Assembly: GCA_965213925.1 (NCBI GenBank)
Contig: OZ243927.1
Span: forward strand, 4,512,001 to 4,576,000
Length of the DNA: 64,000 nt
Reading direction: 5' to 3'
DNA from: Trueperaceae bacterium
Lineage (GTDB): Bacteria > Deinococcota > Deinococci > Deinococcales > Trueperaceae
This document shows, one piece after another, positions 39,841 through 52,354 of the stretch; position 1 is the first letter of the stretch, and each line of letters opens with the position of its first letter. Under the pieces are notes generated by a model, which was not told the origin of the DNA, ran no database searches, and saw only the letters and a program-made list of their open reading frames with translations. The translations under genes and the position numbers were made by a program.

Positions 39841-39856
39841 AACATATATGTTAGCA
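39841..39856 (-). promoter_or_regulatory. Leaderless extended -10 promoter with overlapping palindromic operator
   Basis: TGcTAACAT 7 nt before ATG; perfect palindrome AACATATATGTT at 39841-39852. Confidence 0.65.
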
Positions 39857-39859
39857 CAC

Positions 39860-40300
39860 CTACTCTAGCGGCTCCTCGTGAACTGACGCCCGTTTCATCG
39901 TCCGGTCACTCGTCGTCCGCTTAAACCCGAACTGCGTGTAGAGACCGTGCGCGTCTTTCGTGCCGAGTTCCCAGCGGCATGCCGAAAGGTCGGGGTGACT
40001 CAAGACGATTTTAACGAGCCGCTTGCCCAGACCCCTTCCTTGATAAGCCTCGAGCACAAACACATCCGCTAGATAAGCAAAGGTTGCGTAGTCGGTAATG
40101 ACCCTGGCGAAGCCTATCTGCTTGCCCCCTCGTTCCTCACAGTAAAGTCCGAAGCATTCGGAGTGTTGCAGCGACTTTTTAGTGACCTCTTCTGAACGTC
40201 CTTGTGCCCAGTACGAGCGTTTCAGATACGCAATGATGACGTCTAGCTCGAGCCTCCCTTTATCCGTACTAATCGTGAACTGTCCGAGCGTTGCGGTCAC
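39860..40300 (-). CDS. GNAT N-acetyltransferase
   Basis: SYWA, QIGFARVITD, LADVFV..YQGRGLGK, DAHGLY; GTG overlaps the Uma2 stop. Confidence 0.9.
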   Translation of the reverse strand: MTATLGQFTISTDKGRLELDVIIAYLKRSYWAQGRSEEVTKKSLQHSECFGLYCEERGGKQIGFARVITDYATFAYLADVFVLEAYQGRGLGKRLVKIVLSHPDLSACRWELGTKDAHGLYTQFGFKRTTSDRTMKRASVHEEPLE

Positions 40301-40854
40301 TAAAAACGGATGTCCTCGTAAACCTCTTCGACACTGAGGGTCATAGTGGGGCACTCGAAGGAAATTCCCCCTTCAACGACCTGTGCGCGTTGCCAACGCC
40401 CCTCAGCGTTCACCCAATGATGTTCGATGAGTTTTTCGTTTTGGTAGACAATGAGATAGGTTTGCAGGCTTTCTATTTGCCGGTACGCCACAAGCTTTTC
40501 GCGTTTATCAATGTGCGCTGTACTGTCTGACAAAACTTCAATAAGTAAACACGGCTCCGTTTCAAAGATGGGATCGCCCTCTTCTTCACGGCAAACAACC
40601 ATCACATCAGGGTAGTAGAAGAAGTCGTCAGAAGGTCGTAATTTGAAGTTCTCGGAGTAGACGCGGCAGGGTCCACCTCTCGAGGCGTTCCACAAATGTC
40701 CACTTACGTTGCTGATGATGAGGTTGTGACGCCGCGTCGCACCAGCAAGAGCGTAAAGTGTTCCAGCGACGTATTCGTGACGCACCGAGGCTTTCTTTTC
40801 GTACTCGAGATACTCCTCTACGCTCAAGAAATGGTCAGGCAGTGCGTAAGCCAT
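40300..40854 (-). CDS. Uma2-family putative endonuclease
   Basis: SVEEYL, RHEYVAG, YYPDVMV, LIEVLSDST..DKREK. Confidence 0.92.
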   Translation of the reverse strand: MAYALPDHFLSVEEYLEYEKKASVRHEYVAGTLYALAGATRRHNLIISNVSGHLWNASRGGPCRVYSENFKLRPSDDFFYYPDVMVVCREEEGDPIFETEPCLLIEVLSDSTAHIDKREKLVAYRQIESLQTYLIVYQNEKLIEHHWVNAEGRWQRAQVVEGGISFECPTMTLSVEEVYEDIRF

Positions 40855-40872
40855 AGCGCTATTATAAACGTT

Positions 40873-42057
40873 TTACCCTTTCGCACCCGCTTGCCACGCC
40901 GCCCTCGTCGCCTTGTTTAGACCTTTCGGCAGCTTGACCTTGTCCGCGTTCAGATACCTTTTGAACCTCTTTACGGCGTCCTCTAAAGCGCTCAGCATAG
41001 GCGCGTCGGGCTCTGCGTCCTCTTCCCACCACCAACGGAAGAGGTGCCAGGTGTCGTCCGTCAACCTCGAGTCAAAGCGCGCCACAAAACGGTCCCCGTA
41101 GAAAACGGGCACGACGTAGTAGCCCCACTTTCGCTCACGCTCGGGTTTATAAACTTCCCAGATATAGTCGAAGCCGAAAAGGTGCTTGAGGGCTTTGCGG
41201 TCCCACATAAGGCTGTCCAAGGGGGCGAGAAAGGTCATGTGAGGCTCAGGAGGAGACCGCTCGAACACCTCTAAAACGTGAGGTAACGCGTGATAAGCCT
41301 GCCCTTCTATCTCGAGCCTAGTGAGCGCCCCCTCTTCAACGAGCGCGCGGACAAGCTCCTTGCGCTCAGGGCTTTTAGCGGGCAAGCTCCATAGCGCCGC
41401 ATCCGCGTTCGGTCTTAGGAGCCCGGCGCTCTGATGGCGGCGCAAGATGAGATAGCGGAGGCGCTCCTCTTTCGAGACCTCTTGCGCTAGATACCGCTCG
41501 GGAATAACCGCTTCGGGCAAGCTGTAGACGTGCCGACCCTTGTCGCGGTGATGGGTGACGATTTGCCCTGTATACCAGAGCGCCCGCAGAATGTTCTTAA
41601 CGAGTTTCGGACCGTGCCAGGAGCCGCGCCACCCCTCTACAGGGGCTTGATCGGTGAATTCAAGAGACGACAGTGGACCTCTTGTGCGGAGTTCCCCCAA
41701 CGTCGCCGCCACCGCGTCCGCGTGGGGTTTCAGCACGCGCTCAGACCAGCGCGGCGAGAAGTGTTCGTGGTAAACCTTGCGGTACGCCCAATCGGAGACG
41801 GGAACCAAACACGCTTGCTTGTCCCAGGCGTCGTAGATGAGGCGCTCGCCGGCGTCCCTATACGCGACCTCTTCCCAAGCGTTCACCTCATAGCCCGGCA
41901 CCCTCGCCTGTAAGACCAAATCGTGGTTTCGTCCGACCGGGTTTAGGGGGTCATACTGGACGCTGCCCAAACGCCCGAACACACCCCCTATATCGGTCGG
42001 CTCGAGATGGTAATTCGCCAGCAAACGGCGGGCGTCCACTTTGGAGTTGAGCGGCAC
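40873..42057 (-). CDS. YcaQ/AlkZ-like winged-helix DNA glycosylase
   Basis: VQYDP (QxD), LAPLDSLMWDR, FDYIWEVYKP..RKWGYYV. Confidence 0.85.
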   Translation of the reverse strand: MPLNSKVDARRLLANYHLEPTDIGGVFGRLGSVQYDPLNPVGRNHDLVLQARVPGYEVNAWEEVAYRDAGERLIYDAWDKQACLVPVSDWAYRKVYHEHFSPRWSERVLKPHADAVAATLGELRTRGPLSSLEFTDQAPVEGWRGSWHGPKLVKNILRALWYTGQIVTHHRDKGRHVYSLPEAVIPERYLAQEVSKEERLRYLILRRHQSAGLLRPNADAALWSLPAKSPERKELVRALVEEGALTRLEIEGQAYHALPHVLEVFERSPPEPHMTFLAPLDSLMWDRKALKHLFGFDYIWEVYKPERERKWGYYVVPVFYGDRFVARFDSRLTDDTWHLFRWWWEEDAEPDAPMLSALEDAVKRFKRYLNADKVKLPKGLNKATRAAWQAGAKG

Positions 42058-42087
42058 GTCCTCATTCTACGCGCTTTTGGGAAGAGG

Positions 42088-43017
42088 TCAGGCTCTCGCG
42101 TCGGCGTACATCCGTTTGTCCGCCTCGTGCAGAACGTGGTCCAACGTCGTTTCGGCGTCTGCTTGCAAGGTGCCGATGCGCGCACCGATGTTGAGAGGTC
42201 CGACGCTCGAGACGACCGGCTCGCGAAACACCTCTCGCAAGCGCCCGTCGAGATATCCCGAGTCGCTCGCGACGATAAACTCGTCGCCTCCGTAGCGAAA
42301 TATAACGTCACCACCGCGCACCGTCCGCCTTAGGCGCTTCGCGATGACCGCGAGCACCTCGTCCCCGACGCTATGCCCGTAAGCATCGTTGATCCGCTTG
42401 AAGCCGCGCAGGTCGATAAACGCTACGTTACAGTCCGAGCAGCGCGCCATGAGCGCGTAGAGTTCATCCACCCCGGCGCGGCGGGCGAGCACGCCTGTAA
42501 GTTCGTCGGTGCGGTGCTGGCGCTGTTCCCAGACGAGCCCGAAGGCAATGACGCTCGCTAAGCCGATGCTCAACGTCTGCGTGAAAATGTAGGTGAGTGG
42601 CATCGTCGTGCTGTCCGCGTGGGAAATGAGGACGAGCCACGCGCTCACGCTATGGATAAGGAGCAAAAGCGGCTTCTCTTTGCGCAGGTTCGTCACTGTG
42701 ACACCGATAAGCCAGGCGGGGATGAGCGCTTCGAAGCCGAGTTCATGCGACGGGAGATGCACCACCGCGACGAGCGCGGGCAGGTCGCCCAGGGTGAGCA
42801 GCAGGTCAGATATGTCGGCGTTGCGGCGTTGGAGAAGCGTCGCGAGCACGTAGATAAACGCACTACTCGAGACCGCAGCGAGCGCGTAGCCTGTGTAATC
42901 TTTGGCGAGAAAGACGATGATCGCCGAGACGATGACGAGGCGCAAACTCAACCTGAGCGTGAAGGTGCGCATTTGGCGCTTTTCCACCCCGAGGCTGATG
43001 TTTGGCGAACGGCTCAT
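42088..43017 (-). CDS. Membrane diguanylate cyclase (GGDEF)
   Basis: TM helices, DELTG, FKRINDAYGHSVGD, RYGGDEF; start uncertain (43017 or 42972). Confidence 0.88.
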   Translation of the reverse strand: MSRSPNISLGVEKRQMRTFTLRLSLRLVIVSAIIVFLAKDYTGYALAAVSSSAFIYVLATLLQRRNADISDLLLTLGDLPALVAVVHLPSHELGFEALIPAWLIGVTVTNLRKEKPLLLLIHSVSAWLVLISHADSTTMPLTYIFTQTLSIGLASVIAFGLVWEQRQHRTDELTGVLARRAGVDELYALMARCSDCNVAFIDLRGFKRINDAYGHSVGDEVLAVIAKRLRRTVRGGDVIFRYGGDEFIVASDSGYLDGRLREVFREPVVSSVGPLNIGARIGTLQADAETTLDHVLHEADKRMYADARA

Positions 43018-43035
43018 TACATTTGAGTCTAACCC

Positions 43036-43084
43036 AAAGTATTGTAATACTTTACACGAAGTGACATTTGTCACTTCGTGTAAA
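43036..43084. promoter_or_regulatory. Two abutting palindromes upstream of the GGDEF gene
   Basis: AAAGTATT-gt-AATACTTT and TTTACACGAAGTGACA-tt-TGTCACTTCGTGTAAA. Confidence 0.55.
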
Positions 43085-43121
43085 AAGTTGACGCGAAGCT
43101 TCCCGGAACCCTCGCCTTTAC

Positions 43122-44614
<1,493 letters not shown>

Positions 44615-44826
44615 TAACGTATTTAGCCCGGGATTTTACAGCGCAACAGTCTCAATATCCCGCAAACTACCTCTATGTGGGACTTCTTCGGATTTATCTT
44701 CGACGCGGTGACAGATTTCTTCGCACCTCTTTACAGCGCCGACAAACGCCCCGAAGCCCGCAAAATGACCGTCCAACTTTTTTTCATCGTGACGGTCATC
44801 TCACTCATCCTCTTTTTACTCCTGCG

Positions 44827-45723
44827 CTAAACGCTCACCAGTTGACCCGCCGCGTACCGCGCCACCTTCGCAGGAATGTCCACGCCCGTCGTCGCAACCG
44901 AATTGCGAAACTCCATCGTGTGGTTCACTTCGACGACCAAGAGACCGCGCTCGCTCTCGACCAAGTCAACCGCGACCACGCCACCACCCACCGCCTCGGC
45001 TGCGCGGAGTGAGATGTCTGTCAAAGAATCATAGAGCGGGCAGTTCGTCGCCGTCGCCCCGCGAGCCGTGTTGGTAATCCAATGCTCCGAGTTGCGGTAG
45101 ATCGCCGCGACGACCTCGCCGCCGACGACAAAGGCGCGAATATCCCGCCCCGGCTTCTGCACGAACTCCTGAAAGTAGAAGACCTTGTGCTGCGGTCCGC
45201 CCAAGACCTCTTTGTGCTCCAAAACCGCTTCCACCGCGTCTCGGTCGTTGAGCTTCGTGACCATGCGCCCCCACGAGCCGACGACGGGCTTCATGACGAT
45301 GGGGTAGCCGAAGTCCTCACAGATTTCTAAGGCGGACTCACAGGTAAAGGCGATAGCGGTGCGCGGCGTGGGAACGCCAGCCCTTGCCAGCACCGCGTTC
45401 GTCGCAAGTTTGTCCCCACAGGTTTCGATGACGTCAGGTGCGTTCAGAACGGTTGCGCCTAGTGCCGTGAAAATACGGCTAATCGCTAGACCTCTCGTCT
45501 GCGACATGCAACGCTCGATGATTACATCGAAGTGAGCGAGGCTCGAGAGGTCCCCAAAGTCCGCCTTGATGTCGGGCGCGTAGAGCTTTTCAAAGGGGAT
45601 GTTCTCGCGCTCCAAAGCGTTAAAAAGCAAGCGCTCTTCGGGACGGAGGCGGTCATAAACGACGGCGAGACGCGGGGTGCTCTGTACAGTTTGTTCTGCG
45701 GGACGTTCCAGGGTTGGAATCAT
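44827..45723 (-). CDS. lysX: Alpha-aminoadipate-LysW ligase (ATP-grasp)
   Basis: [37 protein letters not shown]. Confidence 0.95.
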   Translation of the reverse strand: MIPTLERPAEQTVQSTPRLAVVYDRLRPEERLLFNALERENIPFEKLYAPDIKADFGDLSSLAHFDVIIERCMSQTRGLAISRIFTALGATVLNAPDVIETCGDKLATNAVLARAGVPTPRTAIAFTCESALEICEDFGYPIVMKPVVGSWGRMVTKLNDRDAVEAVLEHKEVLGGPQHKVFYFQEFVQKPGRDIRAFVVGGEVVAAIYRNSEHWITNTARGATATNCPLYDSLTDISLRAAEAVGGGVVAVDLVESERGLLVVEVNHTMEFRNSVATTGVDIPAKVARYAAGQLVSV

Positions 45724-45791
45724 AGTGATTTGGGGATTCAGCGCTCGAGTATTAGCTTCTATGAAGAGGTCTAATACCGCAGCTAAGCGCT

Positions 45792-45947
45792 TTACTCTCC
45801 CCAATCCTCCTCTTCTTCGGGTGCGTGCTCGAGCTTGAGCGGGTCTACTTTCACCACTTCTAACTCGCTGCCGCAGTCGTCACAGACGATGAGTTCGCCT
45901 TGCTCGAGTCCTTCTGAATCAATTTCGTTGCCGCATTCTGGACACAT
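45792..45947 (-). CDS. lysW: Amino-group carrier protein LysW (missed by the ORF track)
   Basis: [57 protein letters not shown]-terminus; AGGAG RBS. Confidence 0.97.
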   Translation of the reverse strand: MCPECGNEIDSEGLEQGELIVCDDCGSELEVVKVDPLKLEHAPEEEEDWGE

Positions 45948-45972
45948 GGGTTGATCTCCTTGAATCTTTTAA

Positions 45973-46494
45973 TTACTGCGTTTCACGGTCGGCTTCTCCT
46001 GTTATTTCACCGGGGAAACGCTGATGTTTTCGGTAGAACTCTAAAATCGAGCCTGCTTCCAAAGCCTCACGTAAGAAGTCAGGTGGCGGTGTGAGGTTGA
46101 AGGTCTCGTCACCTCTTTGAATGACGCCCGAGGCAAGATCAAAGCTCACCTCGTCGCCGTCTTGTAGAGCGTTCGGTACGTCCTCAGACTCGAACGCAGG
46201 GATGCCTAAGTTGAGCAAGTTACGGTAGTGAATGCGCGCAAACGACTCCGCGATGATCGCGCCGACGCCTAGCTTTTTAAGGGCTTGCGGGGCGTATTCC
46301 CTGGATGACCCCAACCCCCAATTGCGCCCGCCGATGAGCAGGTCGCCAGGCTGCACTTCCGATGCAAATTCAGGGCGCATGTGCGCGAAAGCGTAGGTCT
46401 GAAACTTATCCTCACCGACCATGAATGGGGCGTACTTGCCGGGCAGGATGTCGTCCGTATTGATGCTGTCGCCGAAGGTCCAGACTCTAGGCAT
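45973..46494 (-). CDS. lysU: Homoaconitase small subunit
   Basis: FGDSINTDDILPGKY, GLGSSRE, SFARIHYRN. Confidence 0.92.
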   Translation of the reverse strand: MPRVWTFGDSINTDDILPGKYAPFMVGEDKFQTYAFAHMRPEFASEVQPGDLLIGGRNWGLGSSREYAPQALKKLGVGAIIAESFARIHYRNLLNLGIPAFESEDVPNALQDGDEVSFDLASGVIQRGDETFNLTPPPDFLREALEAGSILEFYRKHQRFPGEITGEADRETQ

Positions 46495-46510
46495 GGAGGT
46501 ACTCCTTGCG

Positions 46511-46587
46511 GAGAGAAGTAAGAAGCAAGGAGAAAGAAGTGAGAAGAAACCCAATTCTTGCTTCCTGCTTCTTACTTCCTGCTTCTC
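46511..46587. repeat. Heptamer tandem/inverted repeat (AGAAGCA / TGCTTCT)
   Basis: AGAAGTAAGAAGCAAG ... CTTGCTTCCTGCTTCTTACTTCCTGCTTCTCT. Confidence 0.65.
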
Positions 46588-47833
46588 TAAACATGGACGA
46601 CCTCTCGCTCAGGCAAGCTCAGCGTGCCGTTAAGCGCTGTCGCCGCCGCTACCGCCGGACTCGCCAAGAAAATTTTCGCTTCGGGGCTGCCCATGCGCCC
46701 CATGAAGTTGCGGTTCGAAGTCGAGACGCAGACCTCTCCGGGCGCGAGAACGCCCATGTGACGACCCATACAGGGGCCGCAGCCGGGTGTACCGAAGGTT
46801 GCACCCGCCGCTAAGAGCGTGCCGAACGTGCCGTCCGCCGCCGCTTGCTCCAAGACTTGCGAGCTCGCGGGGATGATGAGCAAGCGCGTTCCTTCTGCAA
46901 CGCGCTTGCCGCGTAAGATAGTAGCGACTTCATGTAGATCGTCCAAACGTCCGTTCGTGCACGTGCCGACGAAAACTTGGTCAACGTGTGTGCCGATGAA
47001 ATCTTCTACCGGATGGACGTTATCTACATAAAAAGGAACGGAGACGACAGGGGTGAGGCTCGAGAGGTTAATATCAACCTCTTTGCTGTAGGTTGCTTTA
47101 GGGTCAACCTCGAGCCACTCCGGTGCGTCATACTCCTCTAAAATCTCACCGCTCGGCGGCACGAGCCCGACTTTCGCGCCCGCTTCAACCGCGAGGTTCG
47201 CCAGCGTCATCCGCTCGGACTTCGAGAAGTTTTCTGCGCCGTGATATTCGATACTTGCGTAGGTCGCCCCGTCCGCCGTCAGCGTTTTGATAACCGAAAG
47301 CGCCACGTCTTTCGCGCTCACGCCAGCGGGTCTCTCCCCCACTAAGTTCACCCGGACGGTCTCAGGCACTTTGAGCCAGGTGCGCCCCGACGCTGCCGCT
47401 AATGCGATGTCCGTTGCGCCCATGCCCGTCCCGAACGCGCAGACTGCGCCGTACGTCGTCGAGTGCGAATCCGACCCCAGCACAATCCAACCCGGACGCG
47501 CTAAGCCCTCTTCCATCAACACTTGGTGACAGATGCCGCGCCCGATATCAAACACACGGATGCCTTTTTCTTTCGCGTAGCTGCGCAGGTTTTTCTGCGT
47601 CGTCGCCACTTCCACATTTGACGCAGGGGCAACATGGTCGATGACGAAGCAGACCCGCTCAGGGTGCTTGACCTCTCCGCCCAAACTCTCCTCGATGACG
47701 CGAATCGCGCTCGGCGCAATCGAGTCCACGACCATCACCTGGTCCACCTCGACCACCGCGAGTTCGCCCGCTTGTACGCGCTTACCTGAGCGCACGGAGA
47801 GAATGCGTTCAGCGAGCGTTAGACCAGAGAGAT

Positions 47834-47837
<4 letters not shown>
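46587..47837 (-). CDS. lysT: Homoaconitase large subunit
   Basis: DH, GICHQ, GSDSHS, GTCTNGR, PGCGPCMG, STSNRNF. Confidence 0.93.
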
Positions 47838-49110
<1,273 letters not shown>

Positions 49111-49155
49111 GAAATTTGGATAGAGAGAAAAGTGTGCTTACGATTCTTTAGCGGC

Positions 49156-49191
49156 TCATCCGCCCGCATGTTTTCGGCACACCTCTTTCAT
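49156..49191 (-). CDS. Putative leaderless lys-operon leader peptide MKEVCRKHAGG
   Basis: ATG 7 nt after the -10; two AAA Lys codons; can pair with downstream sequence. Confidence 0.45.
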   Translation of the reverse strand: MKEVCRKHAGG

Positions 49192-49198
49192 AAACGCC

Positions 49199-49228
49199 AC
49201 TTTAAGGGATATTCAGCGCGTTTGTCAA
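49199..49228 (-). promoter_or_regulatory. Sigma70-type promoter of the lys cluster
   Basis: TTGACA-N18-TAAAGT. Confidence 0.7.
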
Positions 49229-49381
49229 CCCGATAAATTGCGTCTACGACGGGTTTTTTCATACCTTTCGAAGGCTTATACAAGAACTCACAGACGACTT
49301 CAAAGCGGTTTATTCAACGGCTTCAGAATACAAGTGAGAAAGCCGATCAAGCTTAAAAACCGAAAGTCAGCAAGTTTATCT

Positions 49382-49786
49382 TTAACTGTACGAATCAACA
49401 CGCCAAAGACCGCTCTCGAGCCTCTCTGCCCCCGGCTCTTTTAACCGCTCCTCATCCAAATAGAGATACGCCCAGACCTCTTTATTCAGCGGATACGCCG
49501 TCGTTTTGATGCGCTCGTATTCAGGCGGGTTCCAGTGGCAGCCCTCGAGTTCGTCCAAAAGCGGCAGTGCCTGTTCGATATTTTCAAAGGTGAAGACGTT
49601 GCCGTGAACTTTTCCTCGACCTCTCGTGATGGCGGGGTAGCCTTCGGGCTCTAAGTGATAGAGCGTGAAGCCTCCGATATAGGCGTCCTGAGAGGTGAAG
49701 TCTCCACCTCTTTGCGCGACGCTGTGGTAGCGCCCGCCGGGTTTGAGGGTGCCGTAGACGAAGACATGGGGGGCAAGGTCAGTCAA
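49382..49786 (-). CDS. Gamma-glutamylcyclotransferase (AIG2-like)
   Basis: VFVYGTLKPG, GYPA, LDELEG. Confidence 0.88.
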   Translation of the reverse strand: MTDLAPHVFVYGTLKPGGRYHSVAQRGGDFTSQDAYIGGFTLYHLEPEGYPAITRGRGKVHGNVFTFENIEQALPLLDELEGCHWNPPEYERIKTTAYPLNKEVWAYLYLDEERLKEPGAERLESGLWRVDSYS

Positions 49787-49818
49787 GAGGGTGGCTCGAG
49801 TTCAAGGAGCTGAACACT

Positions 49819-50715
49819 TTATGTGAATCTCAGGTGGTCGGTGATGACCTCACCTATGACATATTCTGCCCTGTGAGCTTCTACAGGATCAACCTCTACA
49901 GTTTCAGCGAGCGTAATCAGCGCCTTCCAAAGTGCCCAGCCACGTCCCCTAGCCCAAGTTGCCTCATCGACTGGCAAAGCAGCGCGAAACGCCTCTCTAT
50001 TTTCATCTGATAAGAAGGTCCAAGCAATCGTCAGGTCGCAGGCAGGGTCGCCCACGCCCGAACAACCAAAGTCAATAACGGCGCTTAGCCGACCTTCTTT
50101 GACCAGCAGATTAGCCGAACTCACGTCTCCATGAAACCAGACCGGTAGACCGTGCCAAGTCGCTTCAAGCGCCACTTCCCAAACTTCCGTGACCGCTTCG
50201 GCGTCCACCCTCTTACCTAAAGCTACAACGGCGTTTCTAGTCTCAGAGTTATAAACAGCCAACGAACTGCCGCGAAAAAAGCTGTGTTCTCCGGCAGGCG
50301 GTCCACCCGTAGCACCGAGTTGATACAAAGTGCTAAGAAAGTGAGCGAGTGAGGTCGCAAACTCGGACAAGTCGCTAATTCGTTCCGTCGTTGCATTATC
50401 GCCCTCGAGCCACCTACAAATAGACCAGTGCAAAGGGTAGCCGTGAGCGGGGACGCCCATTGCCAAGGGCTCGGGAATTGGCAGCGGTAGATGAGGCGCA
50501 AGTTCTGGCAACCATATCTGTTCTTTTTTAACTTGCGCCGAGTATCCTGGGGCGCTCGGCAAGCGAACACTCATATGTTCACCGAGATGAAACGTTTTGT
50601 TGTCCCAGCCGCTCAGTTCAACGGGTCTAACGGGAAGATGTGCCCATTGAGGAAACTGTGTGCTCACCAACTGGCTCACAAGCGTAGTATCTACGTCTAT
50701 TCTATCGCCGGGCAT
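49819..50715 (-). CDS. Aminoglycoside phosphotransferase-family protein
   Basis: SGWDNKTF, WFHGDVSSANLL, VIDFG, GDPACDL. Confidence 0.9.
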   Translation of the reverse strand: MPGDRIDVDTTLVSQLVSTQFPQWAHLPVRPVELSGWDNKTFHLGEHMSVRLPSAPGYSAQVKKEQIWLPELAPHLPLPIPEPLAMGVPAHGYPLHWSICRWLEGDNATTERISDLSEFATSLAHFLSTLYQLGATGGPPAGEHSFFRGSSLAVYNSETRNAVVALGKRVDAEAVTEVWEVALEATWHGLPVWFHGDVSSANLLVKEGRLSAVIDFGCSGVGDPACDLTIAWTFLSDENREAFRAALPVDEATWARGRGWALWKALITLAETVEVDPVEAHRAEYVIGEVITDHLRFT

Positions 50716-50724
50716 GTTTGAGCC

Positions 50725-51327
50725 TTACCAAATCTCGCCCAGCTCGAGCACAAACCCCTCTAAAACCCCAATTCCTCTAATCTCTCGAGGGCGCTCGAGT
50801 TCTTCTACCCCATCTGATGTATGGATGTAAACCTTTTCCTCTATAGGGTCGATAAGCCAGCCTAATTCTGCACCGTTCTCTATGTACTCCTGCATTTTTT
50901 CTTTGACGACTTCTAAGCGGTCTGTAGGCGAGCGAAGCTCTAGGACGAATTCGGGACATACGGGCGGATATTTATCCATCTGCGCGGGGGTGAGTTCAGC
51001 TAACTTCTCTCGGCTTACCCACGACACATCCGGGGAACGAACCGCGCCGCTAGGCAGGCGGAAACCCGTTGAGGAGTCGAAAATTTTACCACGCTTATCT
51101 TGACGGTTCCAAGCGACAAACTGGTAGGTAAGTTCTGCGTTGCGGTTTCCCGTACGTCCTCCGGCGGGTGGCATGACAATAAGTTCTCCTCGAGCACTAA
51201 GTTCCATGCGGAGGTCTCGGTTAGCCTGAGCGATATCGAAAAAAGTGTCAGCGTTTAGCTCAAAGGGTGGACTAAGACGCATGACAAGGGGTTGCCAATT
51301 GACGGAGCGTTCTTTAAGCGTATCCAT
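50725..51327 (-). CDS. Uma2-family putative endonuclease
   Basis: FDSSTGFRL, RSPDVSW, PEFVLELRSPTD; AGGAGG RBS. Confidence 0.92.
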   Translation of the reverse strand: MDTLKERSVNWQPLVMRLSPPFELNADTFFDIAQANRDLRMELSARGELIVMPPAGGRTGNRNAELTYQFVAWNRQDKRGKIFDSSTGFRLPSGAVRSPDVSWVSREKLAELTPAQMDKYPPVCPEFVLELRSPTDRLEVVKEKMQEYIENGAELGWLIDPIEEKVYIHTSDGVEELERPREIRGIGVLEGFVLELGEIW

Positions 51328-51408
51328 GAACACCTCCTTTTAGGTGTGCTACACCCTATTTTAGCCCGTAAGAATCACCTTGTAGGAACCTTCCTCTTGC
51401 TATCCGCA

Positions 51409-52134
51409 CTACGCCACCTTGTTATAGATAACAGGCATCTGCCCCTTCCATTGTCGCCAAGTAGCCTCATCTGTGATGAGGTCAGCCATCAAGTGGGCGA
51501 CGTTGATGCGGCTCGTTTGCCCTGCGTTGAAAATGGCACTCCTGGTCGGGGAAGCGTGCAGTTCGTAGGCGCTCACACTAGCTTCGTTGGTCAAACCGTC
51601 GGGACGAACCGCGACCCATTCCGTTGCTTTACCATTTTGACCCACCTCAGTTCGCAGATAGTCAGCAGCTTCTTCGTTGTCCGCGTGAGGCGGGAGGAAG
51701 CGGCGAAGCAGAGTGATCACAACTTTTTGACCTGAGGAGATAGGCTCCTCGAGGTCACGGTTGCTGTTGCCGGCGGTGTTCATGAGAACGAACTTGACCG
51801 GCTTGGCAGGCGTATTCGTTTTGATTGCGCGGCACAACCTTTGGGTTGTCTCACTCACAAGTCGGCGCGGCTGGCCGTAGATACCTCGTAAGGTCATATT
51901 GTGTCCTAAACACGACGCCACTGCGTCACAATGATTGATGTGCTGAGCCAGTTCAGCGGCGCTGAGGTCTAGGGGGCTCGAGCGAACAACAGATAAATTT
52001 CTGTGCCGCTTAAGCGCGTCAGGCAGTTTCTCAGGCGAGCGCACGATAACCTTGACGCTTTGTCCGCGTTCTAAGAGCTGCGCCACGAGGAGCCGCCCCG
52101 TCGCGCCACTTCCGCCGACAATCAGAATATTCAC
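51409..52134 (-). CDS. NAD(P)-binding oxidoreductase (atypical SDR)
   Basis: VGGSGATG, WVAVRPDGL, SRINVA. Confidence 0.85.
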   Translation of the reverse strand: MNILIVGGSGATGRLLVAQLLERGQSVKVIVRSPEKLPDALKRHRNLSVVRSSPLDLSAAELAQHINHCDAVASCLGHNMTLRGIYGQPRRLVSETTQRLCRAIKTNTPAKPVKFVLMNTAGNSNRDLEEPISSGQKVVITLLRRFLPPHADNEEAADYLRTEVGQNGKATEWVAVRPDGLTNEASVSAYELHASPTRSAIFNAGQTSRINVAHLMADLITDEATWRQWKGQMPVIYNKVA

Positions 52135-52354
52135 TCTCTACTCCCTCCACTTGTGCAGGTTGAGAACATTGCTTACGTGAAGTTTAGCAGAGATCGTCTC
52201 TAAATCAATTATGCAAGTGGAGATTCACGCGACTCTATCTACCGTCGCCTTTTCGCTACCCTCTACGTCTCCAACATCGTAGCGTAGGGCGGTATCTCGA
52301 GAGCACCGGCTGCTTGCAAGCGTCTCGAGCGTCCAGCGGCTGAGAAGGTAGGGC

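Noticed and set aside
44620..44810. Small ORFs between lysX and Imm8
   Set aside because: No coherent frame with a recognisable product.
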